NCBI GenBank assembly: GCA_963676835.2
Contig: CAXXFF010000003.1
Location: 672,001 to 736,000, forward strand
DNA from: Marispirochaeta sp.
GTDB lineage: Bacteria > Spirochaetota > Spirochaetia > JC444 > Marispirochaetaceae
Direction: 5' to 3'
DNA length: 64,000 bases
In this document: piece after piece, positions 26,353-36,635 of the stretch
Position numbering within the stretch: position 1 is the first letter of the stretch
Layout of the letters: each line of letters starts with the position of its first letter
Position numbers and translations under genes: made by a program
The notes under the pieces: generated by a model
What the model saw: only the letters and a program-made list of their open reading frames with translations
Database searches by the model: none
Told to the model about the DNA's origin: nothing

Positions 26353-27633
26353 TCAGTGAATAATCAGATTAGGAAGAAACAGGGATATCAGCGGTATATA
26401 CGCTACGGCTAAAATTACAACAAACGAAATTGCGATTAACGGAAGAATTTCAATAATCAGGGCTTTCAACGGAACCTTTCCTACAGCAGAAGCTACATAG
26501 AGGATAATCCCAACCGGAGGCGTTATTCCTCCGAAGATAAAGGTTAATACCATGATCATAGCGAAATGTACCGGGTCGAGTCCGATTGACGCGGCAATAG
26601 GTGCAAAAATCGGTACCATGATTATTGCCGCAGCGGTGGTATCCATAAAAAGGCCGATAACAAGCATTACCAGAATCATGGCAAAAAGTACCACATTCGG
26701 ATTGCTCGATATCCCGGTAATGATTCCCGACACCGCAACAGGAAACCCTTCCTTGGCAAGAAGCCAGGAAAATGCGCTCGCGGAAGCGACAATAAGCATG
26801 GCCATTCCGGTGGTTCTGGCACTGTTCAGCATGGTCTTAAGAATATTGGTCAGTTTGAACTCTTTATACACAAAAATGCCGATTATCAGGCCATAACCGG
26901 AAGCGACAGCTCCAGCTTCAGTGGCAGTAAAACCTCCGGACAGAATCCCTCCAATAATAATCAGGGGCATTATTAACGCAGGTATTGCATCGAGAAAACC
27001 CAACCATAACTGCTTCCAGGTAAATGGAATAGATGTACCGTCATATTTCTCCGGATTTTGTTTTGCCCGGATAAAGGCATAAACCATCTGCGCAAGGCCG
27101 GTAACAATTCCGGGGATAAATCCTGCAAGAAAGAGCTTTCCAATCGAAATACCGGTAATTGATCCATACAGAACCATTAAAATACTGGGAGGTATAATAG
27201 ACCCGATAGTTGCACTGGCAGCTGTAATTGCAGCAGAATATGGTCGGTGAAAACCCGCCTTTTCCATGGAGGAAATTACCATGTTACCGATAGACGCAAC
27301 ATCTGCTGTAGAAGAACCGGAAATACCTGCCATCAGCATACTGGCAAATATATTTACATGTGCCAGCCCTCCTGCAATAAATCCAACCAGAGACTGAGCG
27401 AAGGTGATAATACGCTTTGTAACCCCACATTCATTCATTATTTCCCCGGCAAAAATAAAGAGGGGAATGGCCATAAGGGTAAAAGAGTCTGCTCCGGCAA
27501 ACATCCGCTGTGTAATAATTATCAGGTTACTGCCGGTTATGCCCAGATAAAAGAGAGTAGAAAGACCGAGGGTAAAACTGACGGGAACGCCGAAGAGCAG
27601 TAAAAGAAAGAAAAAGATTATTACAGTTACCAT
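26353..27633 (-). CDS. dctM: TRAP transporter large permease
   Basis: LMAIPLFIFAG, GISGSSTAD, IIPPSI, ITPPVG. Confidence 0.95.
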   Translation of the reverse strand: MVTVIIFFFLLLLFGVPVSFTLGLSTLFYLGITGSNLIIITQRMFAGADSFTLMAIPLFIFAGEIMNECGVTKRIITFAQSLVGFIAGGLAHVNIFASMLMAGISGSSTADVASIGNMVISSMEKAGFHRPYSAAITAASATIGSIIPPSILMVLYGSITGISIGKLFLAGFIPGIVTGLAQMVYAFIRAKQNPEKYDGTSIPFTWKQLWLGFLDAIPALIMPLIIIGGILSGGFTATEAGAVASGYGLIIGIFVYKEFKLTNILKTMLNSARTTGMAMLIVASASAFSWLLAKEGFPVAVSGIITGISSNPNVVLFAMILVMLVIGLFMDTTAAAIIMVPIFAPIAASIGLDPVHFAMIMVLTFIFGGITPPVGIILYVASAVGKVPLKALIIEILPLIAISFVVILAVAYIPLISLFLPNLIIH

Positions 27634-28128
27634 TTATTGTATTCCTGCCTGTGGGTTTTCGATGTGACTTGCCTGAATGAGCAGCTCTAACAGCATGGAT
27701 ATACCACTGAGGGGTAATACTGAATAGGGAATAGCCATGGATATAAACATGGCAGAGGACTTTGTATCTATACTTATCACCGCCATCTTGAATCCCACAT
27801 AGGAAAAAACAAACAGAAAAACGGCAACAAAGATACGATCAATAATGTGCAGGATCTTTTTCATTCCTTCAGAAAAATTTTCTATAATAATATCCAGCCC
27901 GATATGCGAGTTTTCACGAAACGCAAGTATAGCGCCTAAGTAGGTAATCGAAACAAAAAGATATCTCGACAACTCGCCGGAGATTGCGATTGGAGCGTTA
28001 AAAACAAAACGCATAATGACGTTCAACGTGACAACAAAGAACATGGAAGAAAAAAGGAAAATTATTAACCCATCAAGCAGCTTCCTGCATATATGAATTA
28101 TATTCAGGACTGATTCTTTTGTATTCAT
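27634..28128 (-). CDS. dctQ: TRAP transporter small permease
   Basis: Four TM segments, NVIMRFVFN...ELSRYLFV...HIGLD. Confidence 0.92.
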   Translation of the reverse strand: MNTKESVLNIIHICRKLLDGLIIFLFSSMFFVVTLNVIMRFVFNAPIAISGELSRYLFVSITYLGAILAFRENSHIGLDIIIENFSEGMKKILHIIDRIFVAVFLFVFSYVGFKMAVISIDTKSSAMFISMAIPYSVLPLSGISMLLELLIQASHIENPQAGIQ

Positions 28129-28146
28129 GTATAATTCCTGAAATAG

Positions 28147-28175
28147 AGCCCGCAGGGAAAGCTTCCCTGCGGGCT
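28147..28175. terminator. 13-bp GC-rich hairpin between dctP and dctQ (mRNA stabiliser/attenuator)
   Basis: AGCCCGCAGGGAA-agc-TTCCCTGCGGGCT. Confidence 0.7.
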
Positions 28176-28184
28176 TTTAAATAA

Positions 28185-29198
28185 TTAGCGGACTGATTCG
28201 ATTAAACTTTTCAGAACTTTTGCGTCTTCAAGACGCATAACATCGAAAGCACTGTAGTCAATCGCACTACGAAGGGATGCATTATCCATTTCGACTATTT
28301 CCAGCTCTGATTTAAGCTTCTCTCTAAAGGTGGTATCATTCTTTTTGGTAAGTTCAAGTCCAAACATTCCTGCTTCTTTTGCAGCCTCAACAAGCTGATT
28401 CTGCTGTTCTGCAGTCAGCTTCTGGTAGACTGAATCGGAAATGGAAAAAGTAGTCGGTGCGGATATGTGGTTTGAGAGGTTCATATAGTTGACTACCTCA
28501 TGCATGGAAGCTGAATAAATACTTTCGGGAGTATTCTCAAGACCGCCGACAACGCCTGTTTCAAGGGCGGTATATGTTTCTCCCCAGGCTACCGGAGTGG
28601 GCGCCGCACCAAGCAGCTTAAATGTATTAACATATGTAGGAGACTCGGGAACACGAATCTTAAGCCCCTTGAGATCGCCAGCGGTATGTACCGGTGCATT
28701 AGTAGTAAAGATCTGGCGGAAAGCCAAACTGTAATATCCCAGTACTTTGACACCGGTTTTGTTAAGAATAATTTCTGCAAGCTTTTTTCCGGCATCGCCT
28801 TCCAGGGCTCTTGTCTGATGCTCGTAACTTTCATACATAAAAGGCAGTACAAAAACACCCGCTTCTTCAACAAATGCAGGATAAAATTCAACAGCAATAA
28901 TGGCCATATCGAGGGTTCCGGTTTTCAGAGCTTCAAGATTTTCCCGCTCTGTACCCAATGAAGCCGAAGGGAAAACCTCGACGGTTACACTTCCGCCTGT
29001 TTTCTCTTTTACCAGCTCAGCAAATTTCAGTGAGGTCTGATGTATAGAATGGGATGCAGCCATCTGATGGGACATCTGAAGCTTGACTGTTTTTGCTTCT
29101 CCACTTTCCTTCGACCCTTCAGCCCAACCGGTAACGGTCATACTGAAAACCAGCAGCAGGGTTAACAGTACAATTACACCATTTCGCGATTTTTTCAT
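28185..29198 (-). CDS. dctP: TRAP transporter substrate-binding protein
   Basis: Signal peptide, VEVFPSASLG, DLKGLKIRVP, GETYTALETGVVGGLEN. Confidence 0.95.
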   Translation of the reverse strand: MKKSRNGVIVLLTLLLVFSMTVTGWAEGSKESGEAKTVKLQMSHQMAASHSIHQTSLKFAELVKEKTGGSVTVEVFPSASLGTERENLEALKTGTLDMAIIAVEFYPAFVEEAGVFVLPFMYESYEHQTRALEGDAGKKLAEIILNKTGVKVLGYYSLAFRQIFTTNAPVHTAGDLKGLKIRVPESPTYVNTFKLLGAAPTPVAWGETYTALETGVVGGLENTPESIYSASMHEVVNYMNLSNHISAPTTFSISDSVYQKLTAEQQNQLVEAAKEAGMFGLELTKKNDTTFREKLKSELEIVEMDNASLRSAIDYSAFDVMRLEDAKVLKSLIESVR

Positions 29199-29225
29199 AA
29201 AACTCTCCTTTTGAAAATGACGCTT

Positions 29226-29240
29226 TCTTGTCGTACAAGA
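29226..29240. promoter_or_regulatory. Candidate FadR/GntR operator upstream of dctP
   Basis: TCTTGT-cgt-ACAAGA palindrome, 28 bp from the dctP start, adjacent FadR-type gene. Confidence 0.5.
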
Positions 29241-29564
29241 TTTGAATTATTCTCCGACCCAATCCGTATTTTGTCAAATAAAAAGACAGTTTTTTTCATA
29301 CAAATTGTTGTTTTGTTATATTTTTATCGCAATTTCACCAAAAAGGTGAGGACTAATCAAGCATCCACCACCATTCTTGTACTATTATTACAATACAAGT
29401 ACGATAATGAATACCAAAGAAAGGACACTAATTATGATTCATAAATTCGATTTTTCATTGGTTTCAATCAGATAATAGATACCGGTTAGGATGAATTAGA
29501 TATTGTATATGGCTTGAGTGTTAAAGGCGGTACAAGATAATGGGGAAAAATAGGTCAGCCTGAT

Positions 29565-30302
29565 TTACTCGGTGATTCCATATTTATCACCGAGTTTCTC
29601 AAAGTGAAGATCATCAATTGCTTTCTGCAGGTGGGATTTCATCATCTGCTTTGCCAGATCTGCATCCCGCGTTTCAAGGGCATTAAGAATAAGAGCATGA
29701 TAGTACATTCCCATTTTAAAGCCGAAGGTTTCATTGATACCTTCAAGGCTACTTGTTTTCTGGTGCATGACTTTGTTGAAAGAATCAATCAGAAGGATAT
29801 TTCCGGTTGAAAGGATTATCTCCTCATGGAAAAGCATATCGTAATGAACAAACTCCTTGATATTCTCAATGGAATCTCTCATTTTTTCCAGAAAACGCCG
29901 GAGGTTATCAAGGTTTTTATCGGTGAGCTTTTGGGCAGCCCTGTAACAGGCTTCCGGCTCAATAATAACCCGGTATTCAAGCAGGGTCAGGGCATCTACT
30001 ACATCAATCTGCGAGTTGGAATGAAGCCGTAACTTGTTTCTTGTCAGGTCATCATCCCTGAGAAATGTACCTTTACGTTTTATACTTTCCATCGCACCCA
30101 GACCGATAAACTGCTGTATAGCGGCACGAACGCTCGACCGGCTAACCCCCAGAGTATCCTTGAGCGAGTTTTCAGAAGGAATTTTCTCGCCGACCTTCCA
30201 GTTGCCGTCGGCAATATTGTCGATAAAATAGTTTATTACTTTTTCGGTAACGTGGTTTCTTACCTTTTTATATTCTGTATCTGTTTCCTCAGCATTCATC
30301 AT
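29565..30302 (-). CDS. FadR/GntR-family transcriptional regulator (FCD domain)
   Basis: GEKIPSENSLKDTLGVSRSSVRAA...KGTF; DMLFHEEI; start set at ATG 30302 after GAGG. Confidence 0.92.
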   Translation of the reverse strand: MMNAEETDTEYKKVRNHVTEKVINYFIDNIADGNWKVGEKIPSENSLKDTLGVSRSSVRAAIQQFIGLGAMESIKRKGTFLRDDDLTRNKLRLHSNSQIDVVDALTLLEYRVIIEPEACYRAAQKLTDKNLDNLRRFLEKMRDSIENIKEFVHYDMLFHEEIILSTGNILLIDSFNKVMHQKTSSLEGINETFGFKMGMYYHALILNALETRDADLAKQMMKSHLQKAIDDLHFEKLGDKYGITE

Positions 30303-30430
30303 GGATGCAAACCTCAAGTATCGAATAGATGCCCTGGTAAAGACATTCCTTATCCTGGAACGATTCGGGTAACCGCCCGCTCATTCAGCAAGCAGAGAAT
30401 AAAGCCGGAAAATATATGTACGCGCAGCAA

Positions 30431-30991
30431 TCAGACAGCTGACGGCTGCAAAGTACCCCGGCTAATGTTATTCGCTGTATCTTCATCAAGAAGATAGCCG
30501 ATGATGGCCGCTGCAAACTCCGCTGCGGTACCGGCTCCCCGGCTGGTAATGATATTACCATCTTTTACTACCCTGTCACTTGAAAAGGAGGCATTTTTCC
30601 ACTCTTTTTCAAAACCGGGATAACAGGTAGCAGATTTTCCGTCGAGAACGCCTTTGGAATACAACACCACAGAGGGGGCTGCGCAAATGGACGCAACAAG
30701 CTTTCCGGCATCAACGGCTTTGCGGATAATGTTGTCTGCTTCTGCGGAGGCGGCAATATTTGCAGCTCCGGGCATACCGCCTGGTATAACCACAGCATCA
30801 AATTCACCGGAAAAATCCGCCGCGGGGATGTCTGCAAGGATGGTGATATCGTGGGCTCCCCGGATTTCCCTGCCGCCTATGCCGAGGGTTGTTACGTCAA
30901 TACCCGCCCGGCGCAGGAAATCTATAGGAGTAACCGCTTCAACCTCTTCGAAGCCTTCTGCAAGAAATACGATTGCTTTTTTACTGCCCAT
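30431..30991 (-). CDS. DJ-1/PfpI (YajL/ThiJ-like) protein
   Basis: GFEEVEA, IPGGMPGA, ICAAP, TSRGAGTA. Confidence 0.93.
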   Translation of the reverse strand: MGSKKAIVFLAEGFEEVEAVTPIDFLRRAGIDVTTLGIGGREIRGAHDITILADIPAADFSGEFDAVVIPGGMPGAANIAASAEADNIIRKAVDAGKLVASICAAPSVVLYSKGVLDGKSATCYPGFEKEWKNASFSSDRVVKDGNIITSRGAGTAAEFAAAIIGYLLDEDTANNISRGTLQPSAV

Positions 30992-31053
30992 ACGTGAACC
31001 TCCAATGCCCTGTGTGATCCTATCCTCTCGAAAATCTTATTAATCTCTTCAGC

Positions 31054-32118
31054 TTATCCCTTCAGAGCCTCATGTGCTTCGAGTATAATTTTCTCAGTTT
31101 CGTCCCAGCCGATACAGGCATCGGTTATGGACACACCGTATTGAAGCTCGGAAATATTCTCGGGTATTTTCTGACTGCCTGGAAACAGATTGCTTTCCAG
31201 CATAAAACCTACAACTTCTTCCAGGCCTCTGCGCCGGTAATCGGTAACAGCCCGCAGAACCCGCCCCTGCTTGAAGGGATCCTTACCGGAGTTCATATGG
31301 CTGCAGTCAACCATAACAGCAGGCTTCATACCCCGGGCCTTCAGCAGTTCCCGGGCTTCTTCAATATTCTCTTCGTAGTAGTTGGGTGCATCCCGTCCGC
31401 CCCGGAGAATAAGATGGTTATCCGGGTTTCCCATGGTATGCAGGACACAGGTGTTTCCCGCCCGGTCAATTCCGATAAAACTCTGGGGATGCCCGGTGGC
31501 CTCCATTGCATCCAGCGCAAGGGTGAGGTTTCCGGAGGTACCGTTCTTGTAGCCCACCGGCATGGAGAGTCCTGATGCCATCTGACGGTGGGTCTGGCTT
31601 TCGGTGGTTCTGGCACCGATTGCCGCCCAGGAGATGCAGTCTGCAATATACTGGGGAATAATGGGGTCAAGAATTTCCGACCCAACGGGAACACCCATTT
31701 CGTTGATCTCAATAAGGATTTCCCGGGCCTGTTTCAGCCCTTTTTCTATCTTGTAGCTGCCGTCAAGATCGGGGTCGGTAATCATACCCCGCCATCCGAG
31801 GATGGTTCTTGGTTTTTCGAAATAGACCCGCATTAAGAGCAGCATGGTATCGGCTGTCTTCTCCTGAAGATCTTTCAATTTCTGTGCAAACTCGATGGCG
31901 GATTTCCTGTTATGGATTGAGCAGGGGCCAACGATCCCCAGGAGACGCTTGTCTGTACCCTGGAGTATATTCTTGACTGATTCCCGGCCGTAAAACACAA
32001 CTTCATTACTCCGGGCAGATATAGGATAAAGATCCTTTAAAGCTTCCGGTGAAATTAGAGGCTGGGCATCACGTATATGCAGGTCCGACAATGGATGCAT
32101 GTTCTGGGGTTCTGTCAT
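31054..32118 (-). CDS. aroF: 3-deoxy-7-phosphoheptulonate (DAHP) synthase, class I alpha
   Basis: GPCSIH, RVYFEKPRT, IGARTTESQTHR, SITDACIGW (paralogue name aroF/G/H not resolvable). Confidence 0.93.
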   Translation of the reverse strand: MTEPQNMHPLSDLHIRDAQPLISPEALKDLYPISARSNEVVFYGRESVKNILQGTDKRLLGIVGPCSIHNRKSAIEFAQKLKDLQEKTADTMLLLMRVYFEKPRTILGWRGMITDPDLDGSYKIEKGLKQAREILIEINEMGVPVGSEILDPIIPQYIADCISWAAIGARTTESQTHRQMASGLSMPVGYKNGTSGNLTLALDAMEATGHPQSFIGIDRAGNTCVLHTMGNPDNHLILRGGRDAPNYYEENIEEARELLKARGMKPAVMVDCSHMNSGKDPFKQGRVLRAVTDYRRRGLEEVVGFMLESNLFPGSQKIPENISELQYGVSITDACIGWDETEKIILEAHEALKG

Positions 32119-32269
32119 AAAAGTTCCTTTCTGGTTTTCCTGTTAGCAGGTGAGAAAAGTATAGCCAAGTGAAGGATGTAAGACAAGCGCTCAGCTATAG
32201 CATAACAGGCCAGGCTCTTTTATCCCCGTAAATGGATTGATCAAAATGTACCGGATAGGATACAAAAAG

Positions 32270-33463
32270 ATGATGTTCCACCGAATCTTTTCCCCTGTTG
32301 TTCTGTTTGTCATAAGTGCCTTTTTGTTATCCTGTGTCAGTACCGTACCGGATCAGACGCAAACTGCAGTTTCTCTTCAGCCGGAGATCAATTCTCAACC
32401 TGAGCCGGAAAAACCGGACCCCGCGGCTCTTCTGTTTAAAAGCCTTACGCCGGAGGAACAGATCGGGCAGCTTTTTATTGTCGAAGTGCGGGACCCTTCC
32501 AGCGGCACTTTTCTAAAGGAGGTTACCTCCTCTTACAGTACCTGGGCACAGGAGATTCAGCCCGGGGGATTTATACTGTTCGCCGAAAACCTGCAGGATC
32601 CCCTACAGACGAAAAAGCTGATCAGAGATTTGAACAGCCTTACCAGGGTTCCGCCATTTATCGCTCTGGATGAAGAGGGAGGAGTTGTGAGCCGTCTGGG
32701 CAAGGTCCCGGCAATGCAGGCAACTCCTATTCCTGCAAGCAGCCGTATCGGTGCAAGCGGTGACAGCAGGGAAGCGGAAAAAGCTGCCAGAATTATTGCA
32801 AAGGAACTGCGGGACCTGGGATTTTCCATCGACTTCGCCCCTGTTGCGGATGTTCATGTTCCCGGATCCGGCGGCGCAATCGGTCCGAGAAGCTACGGCA
32901 CTGACCCCGAACTGGTGGCACAAATGGCATCGGCCTTCTCCCGGGGCCTTGAAGAAGAAGGCATACTCTCGGTGGCCAAACATTTTCCCGGCCACGGAGC
33001 TGCCGCGGGGGACTCCCATAATCAGAAAACAATACTGAATGCGGATATTGCGACCCTCGAAACAAGGGAACTGATTCCCTTTAAAGCCGCAGTGGAGAAC
33101 CACGTAGGGGGAATAATGCTGGGCCATATCATGGTACCGGCCCTGGAACCGCACGAACTGCCTGCAAGCCTTTCTCCCAATATAGCCACAGAGCTGTTAC
33201 GGAATAATCTGGGGTTTGAGGGGCTGATATTCACCGACTCCTTGAGAATGCGGGGGGTTACCGCCTTTTTCCGTCCCAACGAAATACCCCTGCTTGCCTT
33301 CGAAGCCGGTGCCGACATGCTGCTGATGCCGGAACAACCGATGCAGGCATGGCAGCGGATGCTGGATGCCTATCATGTTTATCATTATGTCGAAAAGGAG
33401 AGGCTGGATGCCTCCCTGGAAAGAATCCTGAAGGCGAAAAGGCAATTCCTCTCCTTTCCCTGA
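32270..33463 (+). CDS. GH3 beta-N-acetylhexosaminidase (NagZ-like) lipoprotein
   Basis: Lipobox LLSC; DEEGGVVSRL, KHFPGHG...GDSH, IFTDSL. Confidence 0.88.
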   Translation: MMFHRIFSPVVLFVISAFLLSCVSTVPDQTQTAVSLQPEINSQPEPEKPDPAALLFKSLTPEEQIGQLFIVEVRDPSSGTFLKEVTSSYSTWAQEIQPGGFILFAENLQDPLQTKKLIRDLNSLTRVPPFIALDEEGGVVSRLGKVPAMQATPIPASSRIGASGDSREAEKAARIIAKELRDLGFSIDFAPVADVHVPGSGGAIGPRSYGTDPELVAQMASAFSRGLEEEGILSVAKHFPGHGAAAGDSHNQKTILNADIATLETRELIPFKAAVENHVGGIMLGHIMVPALEPHELPASLSPNIATELLRNNLGFEGLIFTDSLRMRGVTAFFRPNEIPLLAFEAGADMLLMPEQPMQAWQRMLDAYHVYHYVEKERLDASLERILKAKRQFLSFP

Positions 33464-33524
33464 GTCCTTTTCAATCTCTCAAACTGCTCTCAAACCGTCT
33501 CTTAATGCTCCCGGAAACTTAAGC

Positions 33525-35249
33525 TCAGTCCCGGGAGTCAGCCTCTTTATCCTTATCATCATCCTTTTTCTGACCGGGATGAAGGGTATCGTAAAGAAAG
33601 CGTTTGATCTTCTGGGTCGGAGTTTTCTCAAAGGGCTCCTCCTGTTCGATTACCTTGCCGATTCGGGAAAAACTGCTGAGCTTCTCGTTTACCTTATTAC
33701 GGAGATCGGACAGATAGTCGCCTATATCATGCTGCAGGCCCGCTGCGGAATCCGCCAGGTTCTGCATCTGCTCTTTCAACCCGTCATAATTAATATGCAC
33801 CCGGGCCAGAAGCTCTCCCTGGGGAGACTGGAACACCAGGGAATCCTCAACAAAATCAAAGCTGTTAATAATCGACTCAATAGCCTCGGGGTAGATATTT
33901 TCGCCGCTGGGCCCCAGAATCATATTCTTCATTCTTCCCCGAATGTAGAGCACCTGGTCTTCATCGAACTTGCCGAGGTCACCGGTGTGAAACCAGCCGT
34001 CGGCATCGATAACCTCTGCGGTTACCTCAGGGTTCTTATAGTAGCCCTGCATAACATTGGGCCCTTTTACCAGAATCTCCCCTTCTCCGGTTTCCGCATC
34101 GGGATTATCAATTTTGACTTCTATGCCGGGAATTGCAGGCCCTGTCGATCGCGGACGGATATCCCGGTTGTTGGCACCGGCAATCAGGGGTGAGGTTTCG
34201 GTAAGACCATAGCCGATGGCATATGGGAACCGGGCTTCAATGAGAAAATCTTCCACCTCCGGCGAGAGTGCCGCACCGCCGATGCCGAAGAAGTAGAGTC
34301 TGCCGCCGAAAGCCCGCTTAAGCTTTTTTCCCGCCAGACGGTTCAGCAGCCTGCGGCCGAATCCGGTGGCGTAGAGCTTTCTCAAAACCGCCTTTTTTTT
34401 AAAAGAAGGAAGAACACTCTGCCGGTAGAGTTTCTCAATCAGCAGCGGCACAGAAAGCATCAGGTGGGGACGCACCTGCTGCAGAGCCGGCATGAGCACC
34501 GTCGCAGAGGGCGGGCGGCGCAGATAATACACGGAAACACCGTTTATAAGGGGAATGATAAATCCGATGGTACATTCGTAGGTATGTGCCAGGGGCAGGA
34601 TGGAAAGCATGGAAAACCCCGGCTGCATCTCCGCAATGGGGCTGGTATTTACCGCATCGAAGAGGATATTCCGGTTGGTAAGCATTACTCCCTTGGAATG
34701 GCCGGTAGTGCCGGAGGTATAGAGAATAACCGCAAGATCATCGGTATTACCCTGATGGGTATGACTTTCTTCCGGCAGATGTTCATATCCGGCAGTTTTC
34801 CCCGCCGCAGCTGCAGCCTTCTCGGAGAGTTCCGGAAGCAGAGAAAGGTTGTCTATCAGATACCAGGGGCAGGAAAAGTCAGCCGAGGCCTGGATCATCT
34901 TGGGGACCATTCGGGCAGAGACAAAACAGGCCGATATTTCCGCATGGGCCATAATGGTTCCCACATCCCCTGCGGGAAAATCGGGAAGCACAGGCACCGC
35001 AATTGCACCTGCCCTGTTGATTGCCAGGTATGCAATTCCCCAGTGGGGCATATTTTCAGAGAGAATACCAACCCTGTCTCCAGGATTTATCCCGTCTTTA
35101 ACCAGCTGCAAAGCAAGGCGGCCGGTAAGGGTATCGCATTCTTTGTAAGTCAATCCCTCTTCGCCGGCAAAAGCGAGTGCCGGAATATCTGTGAATCCAG
35201 GGTCAGCTTTACTGAAAATTTCAAACAGCATCTGCATTGAATCGCTCAT
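33525..35249 (-). CDS. Long-chain fatty acid-CoA ligase (AMP-binding)
   Basis: YTSGTTGHSKGV, GYGLTET, WFHTGDLG. Confidence 0.92.
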   Translation of the reverse strand: MSDSMQMLFEIFSKADPGFTDIPALAFAGEEGLTYKECDTLTGRLALQLVKDGINPGDRVGILSENMPHWGIAYLAINRAGAIAVPVLPDFPAGDVGTIMAHAEISACFVSARMVPKMIQASADFSCPWYLIDNLSLLPELSEKAAAAAGKTAGYEHLPEESHTHQGNTDDLAVILYTSGTTGHSKGVMLTNRNILFDAVNTSPIAEMQPGFSMLSILPLAHTYECTIGFIIPLINGVSVYYLRRPPSATVLMPALQQVRPHLMLSVPLLIEKLYRQSVLPSFKKKAVLRKLYATGFGRRLLNRLAGKKLKRAFGGRLYFFGIGGAALSPEVEDFLIEARFPYAIGYGLTETSPLIAGANNRDIRPRSTGPAIPGIEVKIDNPDAETGEGEILVKGPNVMQGYYKNPEVTAEVIDADGWFHTGDLGKFDEDQVLYIRGRMKNMILGPSGENIYPEAIESIINSFDFVEDSLVFQSPQGELLARVHINYDGLKEQMQNLADSAAGLQHDIGDYLSDLRNKVNEKLSSFSRIGKVIEQEEPFEKTPTQKIKRFLYDTLHPGQKKDDDKDKEADSRD

Positions 35250-35258
35250 ATCACTTCC

Positions 35259-36020
35259 TTATTCCAGGGTACCAGTGACCATGCTGCTCCGGGGAACAAC
35301 GGTCCAGTTACTATCCCTGGCAGCGCTGTTGTTCAGCGCTTCTTCCACCTTTTCCGGTGTATTGTTATTGTCCGAGAGATGGCAGAGCCAGGTGTGCTCC
35401 GGCTCTCCCTGCTCCTTCAGATAGCCTAAAAAATCTGCTGCCTGAATATTTGAAAGATGCCCCTGGTCTCCGGAAATTCTCCGCTGCAGAAACGGCGGAT
35501 AGGGTCCGTTGGCCAGCATCTCCGGGTCGTAGTTGGCTTCAAGAAACAGCAGCCTGCTCTCAGATGCCAGGGAAGCCATCTCATCGCTTACTACACCTGT
35601 ATCTGTTATTACGCTAATACGAGTTCCGGCTATTGTAAAGCTGAATCCGAGAGATTTATCTGCATCGTGGGAAGTTGCGAAAGGCCGGCACTCCATCCAG
35701 GAGAAACGGTAATTTTTACCCGGGTCCATTTCATAGATTTTGGCTATTGAGCCAACCGAATCGGGAAGTTTGAGTCCCCGGGCGGTAAAGAGGGGGATTT
35801 TCAGCCTGCGGCATAAGGGGCCGACCCCTTTAAGATGATCTCCATGGGTGTGGGTAAGAAACAGACCGTCCAGCGAGGAAGGATTTATCCCGGCAGACTC
35901 CATCCGGGCAAGGACCTCCCGCAGGCTGAAACCATTATCCACCATGAAGGAACGGCCGCCGGAAGAGAAAATATACGCATTCGCGGAGGACCCGCTGCCC
36001 AGAACAGAATAGAAAAGCAT
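35259..36020 (-). CDS. MBL-fold metallo-hydrolase (YycJ/WalJ-like)
   Basis: LGSGSSAN, THTHGDH, SHDA, EANYD, GHLSN, HLS. Confidence 0.9.
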   Translation of the reverse strand: MLFYSVLGSGSSANAYIFSSGGRSFMVDNGFSLREVLARMESAGINPSSLDGLFLTHTHGDHLKGVGPLCRRLKIPLFTARGLKLPDSVGSIAKIYEMDPGKNYRFSWMECRPFATSHDADKSLGFSFTIAGTRISVITDTGVVSDEMASLASESRLLFLEANYDPEMLANGPYPPFLQRRISGDQGHLSNIQAADFLGYLKEQGEPEHTWLCHLSDNNNTPEKVEEALNNSAARDSNWTVVPRSSMVTGTLE

Positions 36021-36033
36021 AGCAGCAACAGCT

Positions 36034-36378
36034 CTATTTATCCCGCTTTATCCATTCCTGCCAGACATCCTCTGCCAGACCGACAGTGGCTTCCCTGCCG
36101 TTGCGGCACACAGGAGTCTTGAGCAGCATTGGATTCTCGAGAATCTCTTCCTGAACATCAAACTCCATATAGGCCATTCCCTTCTTTTTGTACTCAGCAC
36201 TTTCGGGATCAATCAGATTATCTTCACCCACAGCCCGGGCAATATTGCCAAGCTCTCCGGGGGATATTCCCTTCTCTTTCAGGTCTACCTGGTGAGGTGA
36301 TACGCCCCGTTCCTTGAAGAACCGGACAGCCTTCTGGGTGGATTTGCATTTTTTGGTGCCGAAAATCTGAATTGTCAT
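36034..36378 (-). CDS. ArsC/Spx-family thioredoxin-fold protein
   Basis: MTIQIFGTKKCKSTQKAVRFFKERG...LLKTPV; start reset to ATG 36378. Confidence 0.88.
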   Translation of the reverse strand: MTIQIFGTKKCKSTQKAVRFFKERGVSPHQVDLKEKGISPGELGNIARAVGEDNLIDPESAEYKKKGMAYMEFDVQEEILENPMLLKTPVCRNGREATVGLAEDVWQEWIKRDK

Positions 36379-36585
36379 GAGCGTGCCTACCCCTGTTAAT
36401 TGAGACGAAAGGAATGCCAAGAGCATACCAGCGGTGTATGGAGAACACAAGCCCCGGAACGCAGGGAAAACTGTGATATGCCCGGTTAGTCCACGGAGAG
36501 AGGGATTATACAAAACCTTACCTATCTTGTGTTAAGTAACTGCAGCTGCTGCTTTGCAGCAATCCTGCTGCAAAACACCATTTAT

Positions 36586-36622
36586 CATTGAAAATTGCAA
36601 TTGATACTTTCAATTTTCAATG
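36586..36622. promoter_or_regulatory. Perfect 12-bp inverted repeat immediately upstream of the AAA ATPase gene (putative operator)
   Basis: CATTGAAAATTG-N13-CAATTTTCAATG. Confidence 0.55.
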
Positions 36623-36635
36623 TTAATATTAAAAT

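Noticed and set aside
36379..36513. Longer start for the ArsC-family ORF or an ncRNA in this interval
   Set aside because: Family homology starts at MTIQIFG; no RNA family recognised
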